A stretch of DNA of 64,000 nucleotides from an uncultured Coprococcus sp. (GTDB lineage: Bacteria; Bacillota; Clostridia; Lachnospirales; Lachnospiraceae): positions 2,974 to 66,973 of the forward strand of contig CANRQE010000006.1 of NCBI GenBank assembly GCA_947632705.1, given 5' to 3'. This document shows positions 28,801 through 39,500 of this stretch, in pieces; the first letter of the stretch is position 1; each line of letters opens with the position of its first letter. A program made the translations under genes and the position numbers. The notes beneath the pieces were generated by a model. The model was not told the origin of the DNA and searched no databases. It saw only the letters and a list, made by a program, of their open reading frames with translations.

Positions 28801-29557
28801 GATATCCCTTTGGTCCTCCCGGCTGATTACAAATTCTGATACAGGCTTCTGCCATCTCCTTTGCCGATTTCAATATCCGTCTGACGGATTCCTGATAAGC
28901 CTGATACCAGGGCGCAGCCATCAATTGCTCCTTGGTTGCAATCTGCATGGCCTCCTCCGCTTCCTGCAGCCATTGGTACGGTCTTGGAAAGCTGACAGCT
29001 ACTTTATAAATGCGGTTTACAAGATCCATAACGGCTGCATCCGATTCCTTCCTTGCAAAGCTGTCGATGAGAGTAAAGAACTCGGCATCCTCCTCCTGAT
29101 AACACGCTTCCAATAAAGCATCCATCACATCGCTTTTCATCAGCTCCATCTCTGTTCGGTCTGCAATATCAAAGGATGCGTCTAACCCCAGAAGATGAAA
29201 GTGTTCCTTTACAATCTGAAGGCAGAAGCTGTCAATCGTTGTAATTTCAGCTCGGGGAAGCAGCGCAAGCTGTTTTGCAATATGCTCATCATAGATCTGC
29301 TCCTCCGCTTTTTTTTCAAGCACACGCGCTATCTTTTCCTGCATCTGGGAAGCAGCGGCTCTTGTAAAGGTTACCACCAGTAATTCATCCAGATCGACGC
29401 CTTCCGCAATCGTTTCCCCTTCAGAGTTTTCTCCCAGGATCATTTCTATGATACGTTCCACCAGTACCGCCGTTTTTCCGGAGCCTGCCGCTGCAGAAAC
29501 AAGGAGATTGCCTTCCCGCGTATCAATGACCTGCTGCTGTTGTTTTGTCCAGTTCAT
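25844..29557 (-). CDS. addA: Helicase-nuclease AddAB subunit A
   Basis: AAAGSGKT, TFTRAAA, IDEYQD, VGDIKQSIYRFR, MTIHKSKGLEF, YVAMTRA motifs, plus C-terminal RecB-like nuclease QGIID...DYKTD. Confidence 0.95.
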   Translation of the reverse strand: MNWTKQQQQVIDTREGNLLVSAAAGSGKTAVLVERIIEMILGENSEGETIAEGVDLDELLVVTFTRAAASQMQEKIARVLEKKAEEQIYDEHIAKQLALLPRAEITTIDSFCLQIVKEHFHLLGLDASFDIADRTEMELMKSDVMDALLEACYQEEDAEFFTLIDSFARKESDAAVMDLVNRIYKVAVSFPRPYQWLQEAEEAMQIATKEQLMAAPWYQAYQESVRRILKSAKEMAEACIRICNQPGGPKGYQRALEADLEQLDSCLLMDNWDELCRQKMTFETLGRNRADQTDADLQKTVKNIRDQYKKGIQGILKDLKPSDEILREIRMTAVQITALLHLTNRYMRQLAEVKREKNVYEFHDIEAFALQIVCAGYDENGRAIPSEAGRTISRRYREILIDEYQDSNFLQEDILQCVSGHGQDICNMFMVGDIKQSIYRFRMARPDLFLNKYLTYSEESSDHRRIVLSCNFRSTDAVLTVVNAVFSSLMGAELGGIAYDEDAALRSPRQMALEGTGHKAEPAKQERPDPENELILVDNHAETPEEKQDAAEAEAMAIANRIHQLVDGDDPYYVEEKRDAEGHPVYRRAAYGDIVILTRGVKPIVSAFDTVFQKAGIPLWIESENGYFDAVEIQTVLSFLAITDNAYLDYDLAAVLRSPIAELNENELAYVVGSYNMKFRETEQDRKLSRIYLYEKILYYVNHKQELEEGITVSIADKLERFLKRLSYLKENKSYMTISEMIHYILDETGYYWYVGAMQMGKRRQANLDMLIDQAEHYEKSSFRGLFHFLRYIEQLKIHELDFAEADISEGQENAVRIMTIHKSKGLEFPIVFVSMLGKAFSNIDAKEPVVIHSDYYLASQVIDPVLRIRANTCMRRIFLQLAKQEAYAEEMRILYVAMTRAKEKLIMTACTDSPETLLNQCGYPRVKAHRLSYIDKMSASSYIEWILSALSASGQADEILHFVHTDTAAESEIFSDWSRKRENNMPDVENTAVRQEIYDRIKANLEWVYPYEKKGQIKSKMSVTEIKRLQQKGEENPGEALFEQAGTQEKDDIPTLAILQKERRIMGNEIGTVMHKIMELIDFHLASEREVQRQVDIMFESGRIDEMFRPYIHYRKIYHMLNSSLGRRMAEADANGLLYREQQFYIAMEPGSVLPDYEGTSDEPVVVQGIIDAYFIEAGKAYLLDYKTDRTDSLEALVEKYHVQLEKYAETIERITGYAVGGKCIYSFHKDDFIWL

Positions 29558-29563
29558 AGATCC

Positions 29564-32500
29564 TTACTCTCCCTTCTCCATCCGTTTTTTCATTTGCCGG
29601 AAACTGTTGTCCCCATACTGTGTGTCAAATCTGCAGACAGCATGGAATCCACAATATTCACACGCCATATTTTTTCCATCCCGTACCGGCCAGATATCAA
29701 TCCTGCCGTTTGCAATCTGATTGCCAAGCTCCCTGATATTTTCCTCCGTTATCTCCATCAGTTCCCTAAAATCCTCATCCGATAAAATATGATCCGATGG
29801 CTTTGGATTCCCCGTTTTATCCAGCTTTACCGGCAGCGCAGTCATCATGGTTTTATCTATTTTTCTCATTATCTCCGTGTCCTGATGGACAAAGCCTTTC
29901 ATTTTCAGATGTTCCAGCCTTTTTTCCTCAATTTCTTCGACATACGCATTATCTGCTCCATCTGTTTTATCCGTAAACAGGATATCCGGCACTTCAATGA
30001 TCGGATCATCAAATCCATAATAGAACAATCCTGCCATCCGTATTTCCTTATCCGGATACATCTGCTTTTCCAGTTCATAGGCAACTGCGGAATAGGTCAG
30101 AAGCTGTAATTGCAGTCCGGACAGAATCTGATTTGCCTTCAGATCTTTGGAGGAGGATTTATAATCAAGAACCTTTATATAGACGATACCGTCTTCTTCC
30201 TCCACATCCACCCGGTCTATCTTGCCACGCAGATACATCTTCATGCCTGTATCCAGTTCAAATTGATATCTTTCCACCGAATCCAGCCTGGTATCAAAAT
30301 TCTTCTCTATCAATCCCGGCTGCATCGTTCCAAGCTTTAAATGCCGGTGCAGTGTTTTTACAGAACGTTTCGCCATCCGTTCGACCATCTGATACATATA
30401 CCGGTTCCGTGCAAAATCTTCAAAAAAAGTTCCTGTATTGTCACCGGCCGCCCGTCTGACCGCCTCAGCCACCATATCATCTCTGTCATTTTCAGGCAGT
30501 TCCTTCCAGTCATTATGACGGGTATCCCGGACTCTTATGAACACATCCTCCATAACCTGATGCAGGATCGTTCCGATATCTCTCACATCGACATGATACA
30601 TCTCCCGCTCCAGAAGGCCCAGACCATATCGGAGGAAATAGGCATATCTGCATTTTGCAAAGGTTTCAAGACGGGAAACAGACTGTATCAGTTCCTTCCC
30701 GTATAACAGCCGGACCATCCTCTGATCTAACGGCCGGACCTGGTTTGTATATCCTAAGCCCTTTGTCAGAGCACAGATCTCCCTGTCATATCCCTGTTCC
30801 CTTAATAAGACTGCCAATGTATTCCAACATTCCCGTTCCTTCTCCTGCGCATGGTTTCGCGCAAGATACCGCAAGATTCCCTGTGCCGTTTCAAACTGCT
30901 GTCCTGATATATATTCCTGCACGGTAAGCGCGGGAAAAATGTTCTGAATCCGGTTTAACAGATAAGATGGACGGCTGTTTTCCTGATCACCATTTGCCCT
31001 TCTGTAGGATAAAAACAAAAGATCGGAAGGCTTCGTTATATTGGAATACAGATAAAACTGTTCAATATAGGCGTTGCGTTTATCGGACGGAGCCAGCTCC
31101 ATCCCTGCTTCCGCAAGCGCTTCCCTGTCATAATCAGAAAATATTTTTCCTTTTTTTACCCGTTTCGGGATAATCCCATCATTGACGCCGGTTAAAAACA
31201 AAACTTTGATATGATTTAATCTGGATCTGGTAATATCCCCGATCAGAACCCTGTCTATGGTCGGCGGAACCGTTCCGATTTCAAGATCGGCCAGTCCTGT
31301 ATCCATGACTTCATAGAACTCTTTGGCATCCATATGTTCGTTCCCAAGCAGTTCTATGATCTTATCAAACAGCGAGACGATTCCGGAATAAATCTGCCCA
31401 TATGCATGTCCCTCATCAAAAAGCTGACTGTCGTAAAGCGCCTGCTGTTTTTGTTTCAGTTTCTCATACATCTGTATGTCCAGCATAAATTGATAGAGTG
31501 CCGTCACATAATCCCGGACTGTAGAAGTCCGGTCCCGGAACACATTACTTATGTCAACTATCAGCTGCATAAAGCTTTTTCTTGCAGCCTCTATGGAGTG
31601 TGCCGGACAGTCATCATATATCTCCGCAATTTCTCTGTTCCAGGCCCGATAACCACGCAGATTTTTTTTCAAAACATAATTTTCCAGATATTCTATCTGA
31701 GTCAGGTCAATATCCGTCATTCCTGCCTTCAGGAACCGGAAAACACTGTCATAGGAAAAATCATCACTGAACATCGCAACCAGACTTCTCAGGGTCTCTG
31801 AACACGGATTCCCTTTCAGCATTGTATTTGCATCTATAAAAACAGGAATATGAAACTCTTCCATAATCCTTTTAAAATCATGGGAGGATTCTTCCAGATC
31901 CCCTGCTATAATCGCAATCTCCCTGTATCTGTATCCCTTCTTCCTCACAAGCATCCGTATCTGCTCTGCCACATGGAAAAGCTCTTCCCGTCTGTTATCT
32001 GCTGCCGTTATTTTAATATTATGTAAACTTTTATGATAGCTTTTGTACGGATACCGGAACAGATTCCGTTCCAGCCACGCAAGCTCAGGGTTCTTTTGAA
32101 AGCGATATGGTATCCCGCCATCCAGAAAAACCGGTTCCTCTAACTCCGTATGTTCTTCTGCCGCCATCTCTGCCAGTGCTTTTACAGTCGTTTTGGTCAG
32201 ATAAAAAAGCTCATGTTCTCTGATATTCTGAAAAGACCGCTCCTTTGCTCCAAGCGTAAATGCAAAGGTCATTCCCTTCGTATACTTCATCAATTCTCCA
32301 AGCAGCTTCATCTGTACCGGGGTAAAACCGGTAAATCCATCCAGATACAGGTAACTGTTTTTTAAAACAGCCGATTTTGCCGCACAATCTGTCAACAGCT
32401 CTGTCAGCTGTTCCGCAACCACATAGGATTTCCCCATAAAGGTTTCAAATTCTTCAAAGATCAGCTGCAGATCGGAAAGCTTCCGGTATGTGGTGCTGTC

Positions 32501-32944
32501 CTTATCCAGTTCTTCCATAACGGATATGATATCCGTTTTATGGATGCCATATTGAAACAGCTCTGACATCATGGACTTCATCTCATCCACAAAGCCCATC
32601 TTGTCTATACATCCCTGATATACCTGAAGGCGCTTTCTGTTATCCCACAGAATTTTCTTGATCAGCATGCTTTTCCCGAAATCAAACAGAACCTGTCCTG
32701 TGGATATCCCAAGTTCATCAAAGATACGGTATGCAAGCCTGTTGAATCCGATGGCGTCAATATTCATTGTGCCGCCCTTGGGATGCATAGTCACAAGCTC
32801 TCTCTGTGCCTCCATGGTGTACTGCTCAGGTACAATCAAAAAAAACATACTGTCCGGATGGCTGACGGATTCCCTTATGATATTTTGCAGAATCATGGTT
32901 GATTTTCCGGACCCGGAAGGTCCCAGTACAAACTGTACAGACAT
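29564..32944 (-). CDS. addB: Helicase-nuclease AddAB subunit B
   Basis: GPSGSGKS, IVPEQ, DGFTGFT, GKIDRVD...DYKS nuclease, C-terminal Fe-S cysteines (CEYC...C). Adjacent to addA. Confidence 0.95.
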   Translation of the reverse strand: MSVQFVLGPSGSGKSTMILQNIIRESVSHPDSMFFLIVPEQYTMEAQRELVTMHPKGGTMNIDAIGFNRLAYRIFDELGISTGQVLFDFGKSMLIKKILWDNRKRLQVYQGCIDKMGFVDEMKSMMSELFQYGIHKTDIISVMEELDKDSTTYRKLSDLQLIFEEFETFMGKSYVVAEQLTELLTDCAAKSAVLKNSYLYLDGFTGFTPVQMKLLGELMKYTKGMTFAFTLGAKERSFQNIREHELFYLTKTTVKALAEMAAEEHTELEEPVFLDGGIPYRFQKNPELAWLERNLFRYPYKSYHKSLHNIKITAADNRREELFHVAEQIRMLVRKKGYRYREIAIIAGDLEESSHDFKRIMEEFHIPVFIDANTMLKGNPCSETLRSLVAMFSDDFSYDSVFRFLKAGMTDIDLTQIEYLENYVLKKNLRGYRAWNREIAEIYDDCPAHSIEAARKSFMQLIVDISNVFRDRTSTVRDYVTALYQFMLDIQMYEKLKQKQQALYDSQLFDEGHAYGQIYSGIVSLFDKIIELLGNEHMDAKEFYEVMDTGLADLEIGTVPPTIDRVLIGDITRSRLNHIKVLFLTGVNDGIIPKRVKKGKIFSDYDREALAEAGMELAPSDKRNAYIEQFYLYSNITKPSDLLFLSYRRANGDQENSRPSYLLNRIQNIFPALTVQEYISGQQFETAQGILRYLARNHAQEKERECWNTLAVLLREQGYDREICALTKGLGYTNQVRPLDQRMVRLLYGKELIQSVSRLETFAKCRYAYFLRYGLGLLEREMYHVDVRDIGTILHQVMEDVFIRVRDTRHNDWKELPENDRDDMVAEAVRRAAGDNTGTFFEDFARNRYMYQMVERMAKRSVKTLHRHLKLGTMQPGLIEKNFDTRLDSVERYQFELDTGMKMYLRGKIDRVDVEEEDGIVYIKVLDYKSSSKDLKANQILSGLQLQLLTYSAVAYELEKQMYPDKEIRMAGLFYYGFDDPIIEVPDILFTDKTDGADNAYVEEIEEKRLEHLKMKGFVHQDTEIMRKIDKTMMTALPVKLDKTGNPKPSDHILSDEDFRELMEITEENIRELGNQIANGRIDIWPVRDGKNMACEYCGFHAVCRFDTQYGDNSFRQMKKRMEKGE

Positions 32945-33026
32945 ATATGCCTCCTTAAAATTGATATCATAACACTACCGGTTTATGCATACATTATACT
33001 AATAATACTTAAGGGGAATTTTTAAA

Positions 33027-33485
33027 ATGGCATCCACAAAGCTCATCGTACTGAAATCTAAAGAAATTATTTATACCGCCATCTTTCTTGCTCTGATCAT
33101 CATATTGATCGTAATTCTTACAATTATGTTTAAACCAAAAGCAGAAAATGGCAAGCCCGGTGAAACTGCCGAACCAACCACTGAAGCCACAGAGGTTTCC
33201 TATATCCCCGGTACATATAATTCTACAATCTCACTTGGCGAATCCACAATTTCCGTCATGGTAACCGTGGACGAAGAATCTATCACAGACGTATCCTTTG
33301 AGAATCTGAATGAAAGTGTTACGACTATGTATCCCCTGCTGGAAACTTCGATGGAAGATATCAATACACAGCTGCAGTATGTGTCCTCCATCGATGATAT
33401 TACATACTCAAACGATACACAATATACAACGACAGTCATCTGCAATGCGATAAAAAATGCTCTGGCTGACGCTGAGGTAAAATAG
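33027..33485 (+). CDS. Single-TM protein with an extracellular FMN-bind-like domain
   Basis: N-terminal TM helix, then YIPGTY...VMVTVDEESITDV pattern typical of FMN_bind domains. No SGAT flavinylation motif. Confidence 0.6.
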   Translation: MASTKLIVLKSKEIIYTAIFLALIIILIVILTIMFKPKAENGKPGETAEPTTEATEVSYIPGTYNSTISLGESTISVMVTVDEESITDVSFENLNESVTTMYPLLETSMEDINTQLQYVSSIDDITYSNDTQYTTTVICNAIKNALADAEVK

Positions 33486-33493
33486 CTGTTATG

Positions 33494-33524
33494 AAAACGA
33501 ATCTGCTGCCGGCAGATTCGTTTT
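33494..33524. terminator. Bidirectional intrinsic terminator
   Basis: Perfect 13-bp stem AAAACGAATCTGC-N5-GCAGATTCGTTTT between convergent genes. Confidence 0.8.
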
Positions 33525-33565
33525 CTGATTCCTGTCTTAACAAACCCTCTGCCTGTTAACGGCTT

Positions 33566-34264
33566 CTAATCCCTTTTGACTATATGTTCCCGGTCTTTAT
33601 AGATACTTCCGCCCGGTACATATCCCCTGACACTGGATAACGGGTATACACTGGTTCCGGAACCGATGACCGTTCCCGGATTTAACACGCTGTTGCATCC
33701 GATTTCTACAAAATCTCCCAGCATGGCTCCGAATTTCTTCAGGCCGGTCGGAATATCAAACCCATTTCCTTTCACATGAACCGGCGTTTTGTCAGATTTG
33801 ACATTCGAAGTAATGCTCCCTGCACCCATATGAGACCTGTATCCTAAAATAGAATCTCCCACATAATTATAATGCGGCACCTGTACATGATTAAAGATAA
33901 TCACATTTTTCAGTTCTGTGGAATTTCCGATCACACAGTTCTCTCCAACCAGCGCACTGCCTCTGATAAAGGCACACTGCCTGACCTCCGTATCCTTACC
34001 TATAATACAGGGTCCGCTGATATGCGCAGACGGAGCAATTACCGCAGTCTTATGAATCCAGACATCCTCGCCCTGTCTGATATATTCCTCTTCATCCAAA
34101 GATTTTCCGAGTTCTGCTATAAAATCCTTAATATGCGGCAGTACCTCCCACGGATAGGTAACCTTCTCAAGCAAAGGCTTTGCAGCCGTTTCCTCAAGAT
34201 TATATAACCTGTTTACCGCCGTAACTGCATCCACATATTCCGTTCCGCTTTCTTTCTGATTCAT
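33566..34264 (-). CDS. Stand-alone left-handed beta-helix acyltransferase resembling the GlmU C-terminal (glucosamine-1-P N-acetyltransferase) domain
   Basis: Hexapeptide repeats, PHYNYVGDSILG, HMGAGSITSN, KFGAMLGD motifs. Confidence 0.7.
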   Translation of the reverse strand: MNQKESGTEYVDAVTAVNRLYNLEETAAKPLLEKVTYPWEVLPHIKDFIAELGKSLDEEEYIRQGEDVWIHKTAVIAPSAHISGPCIIGKDTEVRQCAFIRGSALVGENCVIGNSTELKNVIIFNHVQVPHYNYVGDSILGYRSHMGAGSITSNVKSDKTPVHVKGNGFDIPTGLKKFGAMLGDFVEIGCNSVLNPGTVIGSGTSVYPLSSVRGYVPGGSIYKDREHIVKRD

Positions 34265-34339
34265 ATACCTGCCTCCTTGATTGTTTCATTTCACATATTC
34301 TGTTTTTTGCTGTGCCCTATCTGTTTCATGTATAATACT

Positions 34340-36319
34340 TTACTTCATGTCCTTTTTATAGTACACCTTCGTCTGATCGAATACAGATACCATATGATTC
34401 TGATTCTGTATATTTTTGACCATATTCGTATATTTTATCACAAAGCTCTCCATCTTTTGTGTATATTCTTCTTTTGTAATACTGCCGTCTGCAACTCCTG
34501 CCAGTCCCTTTTCCCAGCTTGCAGTCAGATCTGCCCGCAGCAGTCCCTGTACCGAATAAAAAACAACATCATATATCAGTTCTCCTAAAAAGGTTGGCGT
34601 TACAATCTGGGTCTTTTTATTCAGGGCGATATACCGGTTATTCACAAGCTTTGTAATAATACCGTCTCTGGTTGCGCTGGTACCGATCCCGGCGCCCTTA
34701 ATCTGGGCGCGCAGCTCCTCATCCTCGATAAACTGACCCGCATTTTCCATGGTAAGAATCAGTGAACCCGAATTATACCGTTTCGGCGGAGTGGTCTCTC
34801 CTTCTTTGACCTCATACCGGTCCAGAGAAATCTGTGTTCCCTTTTTCATCTCTGCCAGGTGGCCAATCAGCTCCGGACTGTATTTTTCTTCTTCCTTTTT
34901 CTTTCCAAACCCATGGTCCGCTGCTTTTAAATATCCCCCGGAAAGCAGAACTTTAAAATTTGCAAAAAACTGTTCTTCGCCCTTTGCGATCGAAACGGAA
35001 AATTTCTGATATTCTGCCGGCGGATAGAAAATACTCAGAAAGCGGCGGCAGATAATTTCATAAACCTTCTTTCCGAGCTCAGACAGACTGCCTAAAGCGC
35101 CAAATCCCTGTCCGGTCGGAATGATCGCATAATGATCCGTAATCTGTTTATCATCGACATATCTGCTCTTTGCGATTCCCTTATAGCTTCCCATTGACAA
35201 TACTTCTTCTGCATATTCTGCCAGATTCTGATATTTTTTCAATCCCGCAATATTTTTATAAATCTCTTTTGCAACGGCACTTGACAAAACCCTGGCATCG
35301 GTTCTCGGATAGGTCACAAGCTTCTTTTCATACAATTCCTGCACCAGCTTTAATGTGTCTGACGGACTGATCTTAAACAGGGCAGAGCACTCATTCTGGA
35401 GCTCCGCCAGATTGTACAGCATGGGCGCCGATTTTTTTTCTTTCTTTTTTTCAATGGAGGAGATAACTGCAGGTCTGGGATCTGCCTTTATCTCTTCAAT
35501 CAGAGTATCGGCATAGGATTTTTTTATGAATCCGTTTTCCTTATAAAGAAACGGAGATTCAAAATATCTGCTTGTTTTTACAGCCTTCCATTCCGCTTCA
35601 AAGCTTTCCGTTCCCTGTCCGGCCCTTGCAACCACACGGTAAAACGGAGTCTTCACAAATGCCCGGATCTCCCGCTCCCGCTTTACAATGATTCCTAAAA
35701 CACAGGTCATGACCCGCCCGACCGCAATCACACATTTATCCAGCTTCAGATAATTACGGATAACCGGACTGTATTTCAAGGATAACGCACGGGAAAAATT
35801 GATTCCCATCAGATAATCCTCCTTTGCCCGGAGATAAGCGGCGTCACTTAATGAATCATACTCTGATAATGGTTTTGCTTCCCTGATTCCGCGAAGAATT
35901 TCCTCTTCCGTCTGGGAATCAATCCAAACCCGGCGTTTTTCCTTATCCGGCACCTTTACCATCGCATCCACCAGCCTGTAAATATATTCCCCTTCTCTTC
36001 CGGAATCCGTACAGACATAGATGCAGCCCACATCTTTTCGTTTCAACAGCTTTTCTACAATTTCAAACTGTTTTTTTACGCCCGGAATGACCTCATATTT
36101 ATATTCTGACGGAATAAAAGGAATGGTTGCCAGATCCCATTTTTTCATTTTTTCATCATAGGCATCCGGATAGCTCATGGTGACCAGATGTCCGACACAC
36201 CACGTTACAACAGAATCTTCCGATTCCAGATATCCGTTTCCCGCATTTCCCGTTATACCTAAAACATCTGCAAACTGTCTTGCAACGCTTGGTTTTTCTG
36301 CTATGTATAAATTTTTCAA
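34340..36319 (-). CDS. topB: Type IA DNA topoisomerase III
   Basis: TOPRIM (IAEKPSVA, TDSGREGE), catalytic TYPRTD, DHYAIIPT, GIGTSATR motifs. TTG start. Confidence 0.9.
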   Translation of the reverse strand: MKNLYIAEKPSVARQFADVLGITGNAGNGYLESEDSVVTWCVGHLVTMSYPDAYDEKMKKWDLATIPFIPSEYKYEVIPGVKKQFEIVEKLLKRKDVGCIYVCTDSGREGEYIYRLVDAMVKVPDKEKRRVWIDSQTEEEILRGIREAKPLSEYDSLSDAAYLRAKEDYLMGINFSRALSLKYSPVIRNYLKLDKCVIAVGRVMTCVLGIIVKREREIRAFVKTPFYRVVARAGQGTESFEAEWKAVKTSRYFESPFLYKENGFIKKSYADTLIEEIKADPRPAVISSIEKKKEKKSAPMLYNLAELQNECSALFKISPSDTLKLVQELYEKKLVTYPRTDARVLSSAVAKEIYKNIAGLKKYQNLAEYAEEVLSMGSYKGIAKSRYVDDKQITDHYAIIPTGQGFGALGSLSELGKKVYEIICRRFLSIFYPPAEYQKFSVSIAKGEEQFFANFKVLLSGGYLKAADHGFGKKKEEEKYSPELIGHLAEMKKGTQISLDRYEVKEGETTPPKRYNSGSLILTMENAGQFIEDEELRAQIKGAGIGTSATRDGIITKLVNNRYIALNKKTQIVTPTFLGELIYDVVFYSVQGLLRADLTASWEKGLAGVADGSITKEEYTQKMESFVIKYTNMVKNIQNQNHMVSVFDQTKVYYKKDMK

Positions 36320-36388
36320 ATCATTCCCTCACTTTATTCGTCACGCATGGAAGTCCATAAATCCCGGCGGTCTCTCGTTTACTATTCA

Positions 36389-36417
36389 ACTATAATACCA
36401 AAATAAAAAATCTTCAA
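36389..36417 (-). promoter_or_regulatory. SigA-type promoter for topB
   Basis: TTGAAG-N17-TATAGT on the minus strand. Confidence 0.6.
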
Positions 36418-36474
36418 CCTTTAGTTCTTATTTGAGTTTACATAACTTTTTAAGCATATTCCGACTGACATATA

Positions 36475-36519
36475 ACAAAAGAAAAATAGAGAATCTGTCT
36501 GTAAAAACAGATTCCCTAT
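36475..36519 (-). terminator. Intrinsic terminator after carB
   Basis: ATAGGGAATCTGT-N8-ACAGATTCTCTAT followed by a T tract on the minus strand. Confidence 0.7.
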
Positions 36520-36562
36520 CTCAATCATATCCTGCATCCGTATATGTCTGTGTCAAACCGGA

Positions 36563-39500
36563 TTACTGTATCCTGCCATGTAATTCCTGTAAAGAAGTCA
36601 CCTTCAGTCCGGAAGACTTCTTCACCTCCAGAATTCCCTTTGCCGCCGCTTTGGCCGCGGCTATTGTCGTCACATACGGTACCTTTGCTTTAATAGCTGC
36701 CTTTCTGACATAGCTGTCATCATAAACACTCTGCTTGCCGACCGGCGTATTGATTACCAGCTGAATTTCCTTATTGGTAATCTTATCGTAGATATTCGGT
36801 CTGCCTTCATGCATCTTATTTACCAGCTCCGCCTCAAAACCGTTCTTCCTGATTGCCTCATAGGTATGGCCGGTTGCAACCAGCTTGAACCCGGCGTCTG
36901 TCAAATCCTTGACAACCTCCATCACTTCAGGCTTATCTGCATTATTAACACTGATCAGAGCCGTTCCTTCTAACGGCAGAACCGTCTGGGTTGCTTCCTG
37001 CGCTTTATAGAACGCCTCGCCAAACGTATCGGCCAGTCCCAATACCTCACCTGTAGAACGCATCTCAGGCCCCAGCAGCGGATCAACCTCCGGGAACATA
37101 TTAAACGGAAATACCGCTTCCTTTACGCCATAATGCGGTATATGCTTCTCCTTTAATTCCGGCACCGGTGACGGTCTTCCGGTCAGCTCGGATGTGATAA
37201 TATCCGTTGCGATCGGTACCATGGAAATGTTGCAGACCTTGGATACCAGCGGTACGGTTCTGGAAGCCCTCGGATTGGCTTCAATCACATAAACCTTTCC
37301 GTTTTCAATTGCATACTGCATATTCATCAGTCCGCATACATGCATCTCTTCCGCAATCTTTCTGGTATATTCCTTAATCGTCTCCAGATTTTCCTCCGAA
37401 ATATGCAGAGACGGAATGATACACGCCGAATCACCGGAATGAATGCCTGCAAGCTCAATATGCTCCATAACCGCAGGTACAAATGCATGGGTTCCGTCAC
37501 TGATGGCATCTGCTTCACATTCCATTGCATGCCGTAAGAAACGGTCGATCAGGATCGGTCTGTCAGGCGTAACGCCGACTGCCGCCGCCATATAGGATTC
37601 CATGGACTCTTCATCATATACGACCTCCATTCCGCGTCCGCCGAGAACATAAGAAGGACGAACCATAACCGGATAACCGATTTTAGCAGCAACCTCTTTT
37701 GCCTCTGCCACATTCACTGCCATGCCTGCCTCCGGCATCGGAATACCGAGCTTGTCCATCATGGCCCTGAACAGATCTCTGTCCTCTGCCATATCAATCA
37801 CAGCAGGAGAGGTTCCGAGAATCTTCACTCCGTTTTTCTCAAGCTCAGCAGCAAGGTTCAATGGGGTCTGCCCGCCAAACTGTGCAATGATACCCACAGG
37901 CTTCTCTTTCTTATAAATACTCAGTACATCCTCGAGAGTCAGAGGCTCAAAATACAATTTATCTGAGGTATCGTAATCTGTAGATACCGTCTCCGGATTA
38001 CAGTTTACAATGATTGTCTCAAATCCTAACTTCTTAAGCGCAAGTGCTGCATGCACGCTGCAATAATCAAACTCAATACCCTGTCCGATTCTGTTAGGTC
38101 CGCCGCCTAAGATCATAATCTTCTGACGGTCTTCCTTTACCACGGATTTATCTTCTGCATTATAGGTTGAATAATAATAGGCGCTGTCTTTGGTACCGCT
38201 CACATGGACGCCTTCCCAGGCTTCTTCCACCCCAATGGCAATTCTTGCTTCACGGATCTCCTGTTCTGACACCTCCAGGAGCTGTGCCAGATATCTGTCG
38301 GAAAATCCATCCTTCTTGGCCTGTGTCAGAACCTCTGCGGAAGGAACGCTGCCCTTATGTGCCAGAAGCGCCTCTTCCTCTTCAACAAGCTCCTTCATCT
38401 GTTCTATAAAATAAGTCTTAATTTTGGTGAGAGCATACAGTTCCTCTACAGTTGCGCCCTTGCGCAGTGCCTCATACATAATGAACTGCCGTTCACTGTT
38501 CGGAACATGAAGCATTCCAAGCAGTTCCTCTTTACTCTTATTGTTGAAATCCTTTGCAAATCCTAAACCGTACCTTCCGATTTCCAGACTTCGGATTGCC
38601 TTCTGAAAGGCTTCCTTATAAGTCTTTCCGATGCTCATGACTTCGCCTACGGCTCTCATCTGTGTGCCAAGCTTATCTTCTACCCCTTTAAACTTTTCAA
38701 ACGCCCAGCGTGCAAATTTGATAACCACATAATCTCCGTCCGGAACATATCGATCCAACGTTCCGTATTTTCCGCATGGAATCTCATCCAGAGTCAGGCC
38801 GGAAGCCAGCATGGCCGAAACAAGAGCAATCGGAAAACCGGTTGCTTTGGAAGCAAGCGCCGAAGAACGGGAGGTTCTCGGATTGATCTCTATTACCACT
38901 ATTCTGTCTGTTACCGGATCATGCGCAAACTGTACATTGGTACCGCCGATTACCTGCACCTCGCTTACAATCTTATACGCCTGTTCCTGCAATCTGTTCT
39001 GTACCTCTTTACTGATCGTAAGCATCGGAGCCGAACAGAAGGAATCCCCCGTATGAACGCCCATCGGGTCAATATTTTCAATGAAGCATACAGTAATCAT
39101 GTTGTTTTTTGCATCCCTGACTACTTCCAGCTCCAGCTCTTCCCAACCGATAATGGATTCCTCTACCAGAACCTGTCCAACCAGACTGGCCTGCAGGCCT
39201 CTGGCACACACGGTCTTCAATTCCTCCACGTTATATACCAGACCGCCGCCTGCACCGCCCATTGTATAGGCCGGACGAAGCACTACCGGATATCCCAGAC
39301 GGTCTGCAATGGCAAGTGCTTCCTCTACGGAATAAGCAACCTCTGATCTTGCCATTTCTATGCCAAGCTTTGTCATCGTATTCTTAAACTCAATTCTGTC
39401 CTCGCCTCTTTCAATGGCATCAATCTGGACACCAATGACTTTAACCCCGTATTTATCGAGTACGCCCTTTGTTGAAAGCTCGGAACATAGGTTCAGGCCG

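Noticed and set aside
25844-36319. Helicase/nuclease plus topoisomerase cluster as an anti-phage or mobile-element module
   Set aside because: The motifs match housekeeping AddAB and TopB, and there is no integrase, relaxase, transposase or flanking repeat.
36435-36445. TTATGTAAACT motif upstream of topB, matching the tyrS leader repeat, as a shared regulator site
   Set aside because: The same 11-mer occurs several times inside coding sequence (e.g. 10571, 18806, 19532, 61384) as Tyr-Val-Asn codons, so it is not specific.
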